The notes under the pieces were generated by a model that ran no database searches, had not been told where the DNA came from, and worked only from the letters and a program-made list of their open reading frames with translations. A stretch of DNA of 62,807 nt from Rhina ancylostomus (taxonomy: Eukaryota): the NCBI GenBank assembly GCA_030265395.1, contig JARFYF010000046.1:23136391-23199197 (forward strand), in the 5' to 3' direction. Each line of letters opens with the position of its first letter. Positions within the stretch are counted from its first letter, which is position 1. This document shows, one piece after another, positions 26,401 to 40,279 of this stretch. The position numbers and the translations under genes are program-made.

Positions 26401-29400
26401 ATGAGGTCTGGGTACAGGCACATTAAAGCAAAATATATACTCATGAAATGCTGCAAATATTTCAAAATATCTCAGCTTCTAGCTTAATGTTTCATATCTA
26501 TTTACCACTTTCATGTTTTACATTGATTTAAAAAGTGTGCTTTTAGCTTCCTAATAGGCTGTGAGAACTCTGTAGTGTGATTCATTGCTCAGTCTTTTAT
26601 TATTCATTTACATTACGGCTCATCAGTAAGTGAACTTGAGAATTTGAGGAAAGGGAAAGTACTCACCACGGAGATTGCTGGCTCTTTATGGGCAGCTTTC
26701 TTTAAAGTCCATTACTTTGGACCAAGCACCATTACTTTGTCACTGACCACACATTCTGAGGCATCACATAACTAGTTTCACCATTAAAGCTTTTACTTAG
26801 AGTAGGAAAATGATAGGTCATATATTATGTACTAGATCCAGACAACATGATTTTACTTTTGGAAAATAACCTTGTCTGACCAGTCTCAAAGTTAATGATA
26901 TTCAACACTGTAATTTAGCAGTTGAAACAGCATGTTTTACACAGGCTAGTCACACATTCCAGATTTATACAATAGTTTCACAAAGCAACAAGTTAAATTG
27001 ATGGAACCATTACAGTTTCTAATTACTTTTAAACTACAATTTACTGCATATAAAATAATCATGAGGTTACAAAGGTTAGAAAAAATAACAGTCCATTTAA
27101 GTAATTTCCTTAAATCTTACAATGTAGAAATGGATTCAGAGTTACAGCTAGAAACGGAAAATGCTGGGAATACTTAGTTCGGGTGGCATTTGTAGAAAAG
27201 TGCTTGGAACCAACTAAGAGTTAATTGCCAGCAGTTCTGGCTGGGACCCTGGCTATTTTTCAGCAGAAGCACCAGCAAGTTTGGAACTTCCCTGCGAATG
27301 ACAGCAGTCTAGAAGTTGCCAGCTGAGCTCTGCTGGTGGAACACAAACTTTCTGAAATTTCCCAGTATTTACACTGGGGAATCCGTTGGCAGATCCAGCA
27401 GATTAGGCCTGATGCACGTAAGTTTTGAATAGTACTTTTATGTTTGCTGAAAACTTTTTATTCTGGTGGTTCTAGCTGATTTTTAAAAAATAATTTCTAA
27501 TAATTTTTGTAAAATGTTTCTGAAGTATGAATGAGCTTTGCAAGGACAAAGCTGATGGCATAGTACAGATTCCTATCAAAGGTTTCCTTAGCAAATTTGT
27601 GGGCAAGACTGGTTCTGGCTCACATGACCAGATTACATTGCCCAAGACCTTGATGCCATACAAGTACCAGGTGTGACATGGACACTCTCAACCAGTAGGT
27701 TCACAATTGCACATTCAGATAAATGTGTGATAACGTGCATTTCAGCAGCAAGTACAGGCAACAACTGAATCGAGCATGCTTGGAAAATTAATGTTTCAGT
27801 TGAAAACCTTGTCCTCTACCTACTGATACTGGCTGATTTGCTGGGCATTTCTAACATTTCAAGCTTTAATTTCATCTTTCCATTATCAGCTTTGCGTTGG
27901 CATGGCCTATGATCCAGCAGTTTCCATTTTCTTCAGAATAACAATATGCAAAGGTTGCAAAGGAACAGCTTCAAAAGGAGCTTAATCATTAAACCTTTTC
28001 TCACAATATATGTAACCATGCATTGTCATTCAGGTAATCGTAGCATAAAGTATATATTTACTTAATAATCCAATGACTGGAACATTGAAAGGCTGATATC
28101 GCAATGAATACAAGTTTTAATCACACTCTAGATCAGAACGGCAAATTATGGGACAATTAAATGGTGTTGTGACATAGAGGGTCAGTCTTGCAAAAGGTGA
28201 TCACTGCATGTGATCCTCATAAAATTAGCAACTAATAATCAAGAGATTTTGGAGTCTTTGCAATTAACATTTTTGACACATCCTAGCTGATAAAATATAT
28301 TTTGATTTCAAATTCAATGCATTCAAAATTAAAGATTTAATTCAGTGCAAAAGATCAATANNNNNNNNNNNNNNNNNNNNNNNNNNNNNNNNNNNNNNNN
28401 NNNNNNNNNNNNNNNNNNNNNNNNNNNNNNNNNNNNNNNNNNNNNNNNNNNNNNNNNNNNATTGTAAATGCTAAACAGCATGAATATACTGTATTTGAAT
28501 ATGAAAACTTTTCTAATAGCACTAATGCCTTGGCACAAATTCTAATCAAATATCTGTACAGCCCATTAACGGGCAGGTGTAAGGGCTAGTAAATAGAGGA
28601 TGTTTATATGGGTATTCTTCATTTGGAACTTTACAATTTTTGATCATTCAATTATCAGAGGAATTATCCTTCTAATACTTCAGTTACAGAAAAACTGCTT
28701 TCCTACATGATAGGTGACTTCTAACCTTAAAACCAAACCTTTTGGTTTATCATGTTATGAATATTTCCTTAAATACAATTGATTTTCTTTTAAAATGATA
28801 ATGGTGCTCCACAATTCTTTTCCAAGTAGCTCAGTTCATAACAGCATCTCCTGGTATTTAGCCATACAGAACAAAGGTTTATGCGTTCATTATTCAGCAG
28901 TGGTAGAGTTGATAGAAATAAATTACGATTGACCTCTCCAGCTTTGAGCTGGGAAAAGCTTTCCAAATTTAGAGCTGTGTTCAACTGTGATAACTTTGTT
29001 CTTCTGAAGAATAACATGCAAACACTTATTAAAATTCACAGAAGGAACGGCTACTCTGCTGAAATCCCAGCACTCTGGCTCTGTACACCAACTTGAAATA
29101 CCAGATTGAAGAGTTGTTGCTGAGATGCCCAAATGTACCACAGTTGTACATATCCGCAAAGAAAAAGCTGACAAAAAGGCACTGGGCTGCATGACTTAAC
29201 CAGGTCACACTGGTGGGCCAAACCAAGCCCACCCATTAAACTGCTAGGTATACCTCAGACAATGGCCATGTCTCCAGATAAATGTGACACATTTGGACAC
29301 TTCAGTAGCAATTGTAGGCAGGGAAACATGCTGCAGATCAAAATTTCAAACAATACAAAATGCAAGAAACCAGAACTTTATAATTTAGGGGTGAAGGAAA

Positions 29401-30234
29401 TCAGAAATTGACAATTCACCACAGTTAAGCATGAAGCTTCATCTTTAAGACCATCAATCTTCAATACTTCTGTAGGTCTGACACTGAAGCATTCACAAAC
29501 TATTACAAATAAAGTAATTAATTTTATCATTAAAAATAGAGAAAGCAAAGATATCCAACAAACTTTGATTATTTAAGTTATTACAAATATAAGTACAACT
29601 CACCTCATTTTTTCTGACCTTACTTCCTTGTAGCTACAAAATCTCCACGGAAATTGTCAAACCCGGCCAAGGACCCTTGATCAGATTCTCCAGCAAAAAT
29701 CGAGGAATTTCAGAATATTTCGACTCTGCCACTGCTCCAAGCAGAGTCCAGCAGCGGAGCACAGCAAGACTCATTGCCAGGGATCTGACAACAAGTGGAG
29801 GGCTTGTGTTTGTTTACACATGCATCAACATCCTAATTTTACTGGTACTTACAAAGCTAAATGCCAGACTGCTGCAGAAATGTCAGCATTTACCTGCAAG
29901 CTCTAGCCCATAATTACTGTGAAACAGGTACATTTCTACTCAAGGCAACATACTAGAACCAAGCACTCTCAGATCAATTATAGCCTAGCTAGATGCAGTA
30001 TCTAACATGCCTCCAGACCAACTTCAAGCATCCCATTGTGGTGTCAGATACCAGTCTCCTCTCCCTGTTCACATTCTCCACTTTCTAAACCTTAAGTACA
30101 TCATCTTCATCAACAAATACCTCTTGATCTCACCCTCCCTGCTCTTCCAGTAGTGCTCTGTCTACCACTGTCCCACTGCTTCCAAGTGGCAGTCTTCAGT
30201 CTTCTTCAAACTTGTTTCATCTCTGCCTATAAAA

Positions 30235-30570
30235 CTAACTTGCACTTTAGTAAAGCCATTTTCATAATCATAGGATATCCCAAAACATTTTACTGCCAAT
30301 TAAAACCTTTGAAGTGCTGACACTATTATAGTCTAGGATACATGGCCATCAGAATTGCACATACAGCAACAAGATAATGAAGAAACTTATAAGTTCAGGA
30401 TGTTATTGAGAGATGAATAATATTGGCAAGGACACCACCTTCAAATGGTCCATTGGATTTTATTATATCTGAGAGGCAAATTGAACCTCAGCTTAACATT
30501 CAGCTGAAGGACAGTACGCTTCAAATAGTCCACTGTTAGTACTACTAAATGTCAGACACGATTACGCGCT
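30235..30570 (-). mobile_element. DeuSINE remnant
   Basis: Diverged homologue of the 23215-23495 copy. Confidence 0.55.
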
Positions 30571-32339
30571 CTTTTCTGATTTAATTTATAAATATGTGCA
30601 TCTCAGCTGGTTTATGATATTCCAGGATTTCAGGAACCTAAGTTAACATCGATTCCCTGTACCCACTGCCTCCCAGGATCCAATGTTTCACTGCATGTAT
30701 GTCCAGTTGGGGTTTACAGACTTTAAAAAACTACTGCTGCTAAGAAAAGTTCTCTTATGTTCAGGAGTGCTACCACTGAGCAAAGGCTGGCACCTGTTTT
30801 TAAAAGCTCCTGGGATCTTCTTAGCTTCATTCTTTTTTCATATTAAATCTAATCCTCAAATTGTGAAACATGAACAGTGACTTCATGCTGTAAAGCAAAA
30901 GCAAGATATTGCAGATGGTGGTAATCTGAGGTAAAAATAGAAAATGCTTAGTCGGTCGGGGAGTATTCATCAAGGATGGTAATGGAAGGCCATTAACCTG
31001 AAATGTTAACTCTGTTTGTTTCTCAACAGCTGCTGCCTAACCTGCTGAATATTTACTGCTACTAGGGTTCTTTATAAAAACAGCACTGTACTTTAATAAC
31101 ATCTTTGGCCAAAATAGATTTTAATTAGGTCTTTAATTTGTTGCACTATTCATTGTGCCATTTCCCTGACATACTTAATTTTGAGACTTTTCACAGCATT
31201 AACTGCTGCTTTGCAATATTTGAGAGAAGCACCAATTTTCATTCTCCCTAAAGATATATGTAAGGTGATTAATTTGGGATAATGAAAATTATGAACAATA
31301 ATCATTAAAAATGCATTTAAGTGGCTTGTGAAAAGTGGGTTGATCTATATGGATGGAATCTATGTATGAAAGGCTTTTATATTTTTAAAGATCCACTTAG
31401 TCAATTCCATACTCATTTTGATTTTCTCTTTCAAGCATTTAATAGTACCAACAAATGCATAATATTACAAATGTATATGGTAAATTTGTTTTCCCATTGT
31501 TATACCTCATTACTGCTGTACGTGCTCTTAGAATACTGAGTTTTAATAAATAGTCAAATGGACATAGTTTATAAAAAATCTAAATTCATGATTCAAGCAA
31601 ATTTCTCAGATTTAATTCATTTTAATAGTAACTGAGAAAAATATACTTAAATCTTTTGCATAATTTGAGAAGTTGTTCCTGGGACTTTAATTATAATAAG
31701 GATATCATGTGAATCTTAAAAATTCAACTGCAGAATTCTTCCAATAATTAACAAAAATAGAAATTCAAATAATATTAAATTGGCATTAAAACTCAGGACT
31801 AAACAGTGCAACAGATATTGCTGCTGGAGCAGATGAGAAATGTGGTTGAGCCGATGCACGAAATTACCCAATAGCTGCCAACTCCCTGCAGTTGAATTGT
31901 CAACATTGTTTGTCTCCTTCTTCCCCTTGGCGGCAAAGCCAATGCTTTATCACACGTGACTATCATTGCAGTGGCCATAACATTTAAAAGTAAATTGAAG
32001 AAGTAATTGAAAAGGCATGGAATGGGGAGTAAAGGCAAGGAGATGAGAGCAGATAGCTCTAATTGAAAAGCTAGCACCAGCATGGCTGCTGTGGACAAAA
32101 TGGTCTGTGTTGTAACCTTGCTAATTCTAAAGAATTAGGAGACAAAATGAATCAGTGGAATCAACCTAAACAATCAGTACAGCCTCCTCTCACATTGGAG
32201 AAACTAAACGTAGGTTGGATGATCGCTTTGCNNNNNNNNNNNNNNNNNNNNNNNNNNNNNNNNNNNNNNNNNNNNNNNNNNNNNNNNNNNNNNNNNNNNN
32301 NNNNNNNNNNNNNNNNNNNNNNNNNNNNNNNAGCGCTTG

Positions 32340-32782
32340 CACTTGGTTCATGATGGTAGTAATACGCTTCATGTTGCACGCCACTTTAATTCTCAATCCC
32401 ACTCCCATTCCAGCCTGTGTCCATAGCCTCTCCTACTGCCATAGTGAGGCCCAATGTAAACTAGAGGAACAACATATTATCTTCTGTCTGGGCACTTTGC
32501 AACCTTCTGAAATGAACGCTGAATGTTCCGACTTCAAGTCACCACATTTCAATAAAATACCTTCCCAAAGAACCTCGTCACTGACCTGTCTTTTATAACC
32601 CATCTCCATATAGTCTTTTGTCTTACACCTCACTCTTCAACCTAGCTCTGTTTTGAAAACTGTTGGTCCTCCACTCTTTTCCCAGTTCTGAGGAAGGTTT
32701 TCTGACCCAAAACATTTAACTGGTTTCTCTTTCCATAAATGCTGCTTTACTGGCTGAGCTCTTCCATATTTTCTGTTCTTGT
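32340..32782 (+). mobile_element. Penelope-like element 3' remnant (GIY-YIG end plus pLTR)
   Basis: CHSEAQCKLEEQHIIFCLGTLQPSEMNAECSDFK, followed by a pyrimidine-rich tract and a pLTR-like tail. Confidence 0.65.
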
Positions 32783-32999
32783 TAAAGAATCAGCTACACT
32801 AAAGGAGTTCATAATATTTAAAAAGAAGGGAAATCTCTTTGAACAAAACAGCTGAGTTACCACAAGCTGACAGGGTACTGAAATTGAACAAAATCCTCAT
32901 TGAGCAGAAAAGAAAATCATGCAATATTAAATTGAATCAAATCTTATGAATGATGCATTCACTACTTATTAGAATATAGATGATCAAGGGACTGAGGGA

Positions 33000-33625
33000 A
33001 GAAGAGGTACTTGGCAAACTAATGGGGCCGAGGATCAGCAGTATTTTAGGGTCTTAAATAAAATGGTTGCAGAGATAGTAGTTATGTTGACTGTTTTTAC
33101 CAATCTATCAGCCTGGACTTAGTGGTCTGAAAGAGCTGGTTCCATTCTGTATGATGCTATAATCTCTAACTTTCCCAGATCCCGAGAGGTCCTAGAGGAT
33201 TGGAATACTGCAACGGTGATGCTACTACGCGAGAAAAGAGAGAAACTGAAAGCAGGAAACTATACGCCAGTTTCCAGGAAAATGCTGTAATCTATTATTA
33301 AGGAGGTAATAACAAGACACTTAGAAAATCATAAAACAATCCAGCAGAGTTAATATGAAAGGAAAATAGAGTTTCAAGATTTGGTGGAGTTAAAGAACTG
33401 TGTAAGAAGCAGGTGGAAAAAGGGGATCCCATAGATTTGGTGTATTTGAATTTCCAAATGATATTTGGTAAGTGCCATATAAATGGTTACTGCAAAAGAT
33501 AAGGGCACATGAGGTTGGGGATAATGTGGCAAAATAGCAAAAAACAAATTGGGGATAAATGGGTCTTCTTGGATTGGTGATGAATACCTTGTGAGATGCC
33601 TCAACTGTTTACAATATACATTAAT
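33000..33625 (+). mobile_element. Decayed CR1 ORF2 (RT region) fragments
   Basis: Remnants such as gaggattggaatactgca...gcaggaaactatacgccagt...gtgtatttgaatttcca, matching CR1 RT motifs (DWxxA, GNYxPV, VYLxF). Confidence 0.55.
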
Positions 33626-33639
33626 CTATCTAATTAACC

Positions 33640-36150
33640 TATCCATCATCCATCATTAATTGCTCTTGAAAAGGTGATGATATCCATCTTTAGAATCACA
33701 GCTGATCTTCTGGTGAAGGTACACCTTCAATTCAGGATTTAAGGGAGACACCCCCTACCCCCCCAACTGTCCGTCCCTCACCTCTTTAGACTGACTACCT
33801 CCCCTTTGCATTCCTAGTCCTGATGCAGGGTCCCAACTTGAAGCATTAACTACCTCTTTGCCTCCACAGATGCTGCTTGACCCATTGAGTTCCTCCAGCT
33901 GTTTGTGTTTTGTTCCAGGATTTAAACCCAGTAACAAAGAAACCCTGATACATTTCCAGGTTTGGATGGTGTGCAGTTTGGCGGGGAACACGGGTGGTGT
34001 TTTCACACACCTGGTGGTGTCCTTTTTTTTTGCAGAAAAGGAAGGTGTTGTTGGAATAGCCTAGATAAGTTACTGCAGTACAGTTCATCAACGGTAGGCA
34101 CTGCATCAGTAGAAGAAATGAATGAACTTTGAGTGTGGGTATACTCATCCAGGCAAGTGGAGAGTATCGCAGCATATTCATGATTTGTGCCTCGTGATAG
34201 AAAGGCTTTGAAGTGCCAGGAGTTGTCACCTGTCAGAGGATACCCAGTCTTTGAAGTGCTCTTGCTGCAGTAGACATGCAGCTGGACCTTTGAATTTCTG
34301 GTCAATGGTGACTGCCAGGCCATTAGCAAGAGGAAAAAGTTTGTCTCACCGACCACATGCCAACTTTCTGGTAATTGCAGANNNNNNNNNNNNNNNNNNN
34401 NNNNNNNNNNNNNNNNNNNNNNNNNNNNNNNNNNNNNNNNNNNNNNNNNNNNNNNNNNNNNNNNNNNNNNNNNNNNNNNNNCAGGCCATTAGCAACATTA
34501 AAAAGATTGTATCACCGACCACATTCCAACATTCTGGTAATTGCAGAGGAATTGAATGGCTTGTTCTTCCTGAGGGGGATATTTCATACATTGTTGAAAA
34601 TAACTGATAATTGAGTTATTTGGCATCCACTTCCAATCTCCTTAGCACCAGCTAGGGAGACTGGAAGAGGAGACCAGGCACGTGTCTCCTAGGTGGGCTT
34701 TCCATAAATGTCAAGGGCAGGTGGTTGGGCACTCTCATGTTGGGATGAACATTGCCTGCCCCTTTTAAGGCAAGAATGTTTTTTTCTATTTATCAGCTCA
34801 TTTTTGAATGTTGGCTCAGTCTCGCAGGCATGGACTGCTTCAATTGCTGAAGAGTCACAAGTGGACTTGAACCTCATCTAATAGTGATGGAAGGTGATAG
34901 AGATAGGTTTAACCATCTTCAGCTGCTTCCAAGCCTGAACTCCTGAGGTGATCCTGGGATTTCCTGCCACCTCAACCATCTACCCTCATGAGATATGGCT
35001 CCACTCCATAAGAGTATTGTCCCCTTAACATTGATTTACTTCAGTTTTAGCAGGGCTCCTTTTAGCCTCACTGGGTCAATTGCTGCTTTGATATCAAGGG
35101 AAGCCACTCACGCTACAGCTCTATAAATCTAGCTCATTACTTTACAAAGACACTGATAAAATCCTTAACTGGGCTCCGACAAGCAGGTCTTAGGTGTGGT
35201 AGCTATGTTGGCGACACTGACTATTTGATGAAGATGGAAAGTAGGCTGACTACCATACAGTCTGTCTGAAAGGACTTGTCCTGCTGTTTGGGAGGACAGA
35301 ACATAACTAAACATTTTTCCAGATTTTCAGGTAGCTGCCTGTGTTGGAACAACAGTATAACAAGTCTTCACTGGTACAGCCAGGATGGCGCTTAGTCTCA
35401 TAACCTTTACTGCATCTAGTTCTAAATTTCCTCCTACCTTGTTCTCTGGATGAAATTGGCTGAAGACTGGGTTCTGTGATTGTGGGGATCTTGTGAGGAA
35501 GTACTGAAAGCAGCAAGAGCACTGATTCACCAGCTAAGGAGAATGGTAGGTGATAATCAGATTTCCTTGCCCATATTTGACCTGATTTCATATAGTCAGG
35601 AGTCATTGCCGAAGACTCCCAGTCTGTCCACCTCTGTACTGACAGCTCTGATGGATCAGTGGGAGATGAAGTCTGTTGCCTGTAAAGCATGATTCTAAGA
35701 ATATAACCATGCCAAGCAATTGCTTCATCAGTTTGTGGGACAGCTCTCCCAGTTTAGACTCTAATGCCCAGGTATTTGAGAGCTAAGCTACAATTGACTT
35801 TGGTGCCAGGTGGCCTGGGCAGTTTTAACATTCTGTTTTAGCAGTGATTATGACAAAATTGAATGGCCTGCTAGTCCACTTCAGAGGAAAGAGTCACCAC
35901 ATTGTTGCAGGTCTGGAGTCACAGAAGCCAGATTGGGAAAGGAAGGCAGATTTCTGCCCCTGAAGAACATTGGTGAACAAAATGGACTTAACAGCATTCG
36001 GTAAGTTTGTGCTCAACATTATTGGGAATAGTTTCTTTAAGAAAAAAAATCCAGATTAACTGAATTTAAAATTCCACTGCTGCTATAGTGAGCTATGAAT
36101 TCAATTCTCAGGATTGTCAATCCAGGTCTCTAGGTTATCAGTACGGTAAC
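33640..36150 (-). mobile_element. Long decayed non-LTR retrotransposon with a tRNA-like head
   Basis: RT C-terminal remnant ...RYSPLAWMS.PTLK...CSNLSRLFQQHLP. Its 5' end (35860-36150) matches the short SINE-like family. Confidence 0.55.
33755..33915 (+). mobile_element. Penelope pLTR fragment inserted in the LINE remnant
   Basis: cacagatgctgcttgacccattgagttcctccagc, flanked by the direct repeat CAGGATTTAA (33733-33742 and 33916-33925). Confidence 0.6.
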
Positions 36151-38728
36151 ATATTCAGTACATCATCAAGATACCAAGAGTATATGCATCTGCAAGGCGA
36201 GCTGATAGTGCAGGTAGGTGGAGCTGAATAAGAAGATAAACGTGAGGTTATTGTACAGCAGAGGAGACTCGAAGGGCCAATTGGTCTATAACTGCTCCAT
36301 GTATTTGTAATGGGATGCTGGGCAGGAAAGTAGTGGAATAGTTTCCTCTGTGTTACAAAGGATTCATACTTAAGCTGAAGATGGGCTGAGGCTGGTTAGA
36401 GACAGATGAAATTACTGAGATAGAAGACGATGGGCGAAAACTGAGTAGTGTCAGCTTTGAGCACTGCCAAACTACTGCCCAGATATAGGGACTGTGCTGA
36501 GTGGGACCAGGAACTCTTAAGAGAGGTAGAACATTAATGGGAGCATCTCTGGTGATTGAAGCATGGCCACACTACTTCATCTAGTGGTGCAATAAAAGTC
36601 AGTTCAAGTGTCATCCATAAACACCAGTAGCTCTGATACATCAACTGAGGTCAATGGAGAGTGGAATGCACATACCAAAGCAGCAAGAGGCAGGGGGTCA
36701 ATCAAATATGAGCCAACAAGAATGACACCAACACTAGGAGGAACCCATTTTACCCTCTCAGTCAAGTTTGATGGAAGAATTTAGAAGGATGAGTGACTTA
36801 GCAGTCTTGCAGAACAACTAGAAAACAGTGCAGAGTTCATTTAATAGCACAAAAATATTGGAAATCAGCAGGAAGAGCTGAAAGCTACCTCAGTTTAGTA
36901 AAAAAAGTCAATGGAGAGTGGTGCCTGAAGCAGAAAAGGCATTGAGAAATCAAAGTCTACTTGGGTACTTGGAGGAACTGAAATTATCTGGTTCAAGGCA
37001 AAAAAAACACTAAATCAAACTGAAACTTGGCAAGCTCTAGTCAAAGGACTATAGGTCTTCCCTTGCTTACAAGCACTGGACTTAACTACAGCCCGTACAT
37101 TCAAGTGAGAGTCTGGGAGACTGGCAAGATGTATAAGCCAGCTGCTGTGAGGCTGCAGGCATCCTCTGACATGTAGGAACTCGGTTCATAGGAGCAGAAC
37201 ACTGTCGTAACCTGGGGAGGACCTGTAATCAGCAATTGCTTTTCTAGAAAGTAGATTTGTTACTTACACATGGTTTAAAATGTACATATAACATTAACAA
37301 AATGCATCCTAACTACATTCCCAATTCAGAATGTTAAATATTTCAAGCATAGATTTTCCCATTCTTAAAAGTGCTGCAGTATAATGTAACCTATGGTGAT
37401 TCAAACATCATACTGCATTTACATTTATGCTCATTACCTCAAGCTAATTTTAAAACATAGTATTTCAACTGCATAAGAGAGATGCAAGATTGATATCCTA
37501 CTCAGTTTGCACTTTATTTGCCACTTATTGTGCAATTTAGTCAGTCAAGTAACAGATAGATTTACTTTCTGCCTAGTCAAAATTACTGCTTTACTCCTAA
37601 AAGCAGTGCTGGCTCTTGAAGAGGTATCTGTTAACTATGATTCCCTATTTTAGTGACTCCATAAATGCAATCTTCAAAGCAGGATGGAGTGGATTTGTGG
37701 TATATTACTGCTCTATCATATTTTACATCGCATTCCTGTAATCAGCTCTGCAGAACTGATTTAATTACAGTATAAAAATCTAACCCTGAAAAATACTTCA
37801 GTCTAAAAAATTAGTCATAAAGTAGTACTTCAAAGCTACGTGCGTCTGTGTGTAGGGGAAATTCAAAGGACCTTCAAACGAATGACACCAAATCAAAGGA
37901 AATATTAAATGTCCTTGTAAAAAGGACATTTAATTGGTATGATGGGTATTGACGATGACCTTAATGAAGGAGAGGGAGGCAAGAATTTAAGGAATTTCAT
38001 AGCACTGGTTCTAGATGATGGAATGGTAATGCAAAAAAGATGCTTAACTGCAGGATGTCAGGAGAGGCAAGGCCATAATAGTATTTAAAATAAGGAACAT
38101 TTTAAATGAGGTACTGGGAAAAAAGCAGCCAAATAGGTCAACAAGGACAGTGGTACTTAGTGTGGAATAGGATACTGTAAAATGGTAGCAAGTGAAACTG
38201 AGGTAGCAGATGGGAGGGGAGTGCAACAGCTGTGCCTGGAGGTGACACGAGCAGATGGGCCAAGGAAAAACTACGTATGCAAGTAGGCAGACTTTCTGAA
38301 AGGATAACTGGGTTGGAATCTCAATTGGATAGAACAGGAAACCAAGGTTGCAAACTGTCTTGAGCCAAACCAGACTGTCATCATGAAGGCATATCTGGGT
38401 GAAAGCATGCAAAGTCTGACTTTGGTCTTCCCAATGTTCAGCTGAAGCAAAAAGGTAGTGAAGCTGTTGGTACAGAAAACTAGACTGCCTTTGTCGGCCT
38501 TTACATGGAAGATGGGCCCATAACCTCAGTTGTTGCATTGAGCAAAGGATAAAAAGCACTAGAAAGATAATTGGGAAAAACTTTGGAGTTAACTTTAGAG
38601 GAAGACATGCTAGAAATGATTTGGTTATAATGAAACAGGTAAGAGTAGAATGAAGGGAGGACCAAAGCTGACAATGGAAGGAACTTATTAGAGAATGTGG
38701 TAGATATACAGTAAGGTTAAAGGACAAA

Positions 38729-38915
38729 ACAAGATGCTGGAGGAACTCAGAAGGCCAGGCAGCATCCGTGGAGAAAAGCAAACAGTCAACATTTTGGGTC
38801 TGAAACATTCACCGTCTGCTTTTCACCACGGATACTGCCTGACCTGTTGAGTTCCTCCAGCATCTTCTTGTTTTTTTTTCAACTAGACTCCAGCATCTGC
38901 AGTCCATTGTTTCTC
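38729..38915. mobile_element. Fold-back Penelope pLTR-derived element with target-site duplication
   Basis: Inverted arms of about 65 bp (38729-38793 and 38804-38870); 17-bp direct flanks with one mismatch (38712-38728 and 38916-38932). Confidence 0.7.
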
Positions 38916-40273
38916 TAAGATTAAAGGACAAACAGTAGCAAATATGCACAGAATGAACAAATGCAGACTGAAAAAAAAGATTTGCTTGGTGTCACACAAA
39001 TGTAATGCCTTATGCATCACAAAATACACACTTCATGCTCCTTCCAAAAAACATTTAATTCCTTGGTTAAAAAATAAAACCCAAGTCAATTAAGGGTAAA
39101 ATTCTTGATAATTCACCTTGGATCATTTCAGCTAACAATGTTATACAGAACCCAGCTTTATGGTATTACCTCCACCCCAGTCTGAAACATGCAGCTATCA
39201 TTAAAGAAATTCAACAAATTAGCATTCCCACTGGAGCCAATAACTAGTCCCAGAGATACACCATGCTCTAGGGAAAAAAAAATCAAGCTATTCTCTCGGT
39301 AAAGAACAGGCTCAGAGTAGACTAGCTCTGGTCAAACATATTTGAAGATTGTGAACACTGGTCTCTTTGCTGATACAAAAATATGTACAATTTACATTTT
39401 TCACCAGATTAATTTTTCTTCCAATATATTTTCCAAATGTTAGTTTTGGTATAACAAGCATACATAGAATAGGAATCTATCACTAGTTTTAAATTTTCAA
39501 GATTTACGATTATGCACTCAAGTAATAATCCCCTCCCCTGACCCTGGAACTAAATTAAGACCTATAAATATTATTGTTCCTTGAAAATGTTTTTTTTACT
39601 TTGGCCCTCCAAGAAATTGTCTAACTGATTTATAATGGTCTTGAGCTAATATGAATTTCAAAAAACCATTTGTACCTGTTGAAATTAGCAATTTCCATTC
39701 TTTTGTGTCTCATATAAAAGCTGATCTTGCACAAATTTCCAAGATTTATGTTAATAATTTTGCCAAGGATGATCTAAACTTGTCAAATATCTCTTTTAAG
39801 GATTCTTGTGACAAAAACTTCTGCAGAATTCTTAAACAGAATATTCTCAGTACCTTCCATGTTCAGATGGGCATTGCAGCTGAAATAATCTTCTTAATGG
39901 GCAATATGCTGCTTTGCATAATAATGGAAAAGAAAAAGAGGCAACCAGTTGGGAGTAATGTGGCATGGCAGATAACAGCAGCTCAGTGTTATATTCAATT
40001 TATGGTACTGGATTTAGGTTTGTTTTATCCGAGTTTACATTCCAATAATCTAATTAACTTTGTAATTAGAATGTACATTACTGTGCAAAGCATCTTAAAA
40101 TAAGAACAATGAACCTATAATGAATGCTTGCTTGGAACAAGACTGAACATCAACTTTTTTTTACATTTTATGCACCATCAAGAAAATCATGATATAAAAC
40201 AAAGAGATGAAAAATAACATTTTGTTACACATTCAAATCAACTGTCTGGGTAACTTTTTCCCCACAAGTCCAG

Positions 40274-40279
40274 TTTATT
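40274..40279 (-). terminator. Candidate AP1B1 polyadenylation signal AATAAA
   Basis: The first AATAAA I saw on the minus strand downstream of the stop, about 570 nt away. Confidence 0.45.

Noticed and set aside
38044-38808. 254-aa ORF, the longest in the track
   Set aside because: It starts inside the Penelope fold-back element and runs through what looks like a decayed LINE-like region, with no recognisable domain or exon structure.
38729-38870. Pre-miRNA hairpin
   Set aside because: The arms are a multi-copy repeat sequence with a TSD and are better explained as a transposon fold-back.
39651-40103. 150-aa plus-strand ORF downstream of AP1B1
   Set aside because: AT-rich, no recognisable domain or splice context; most likely chance.
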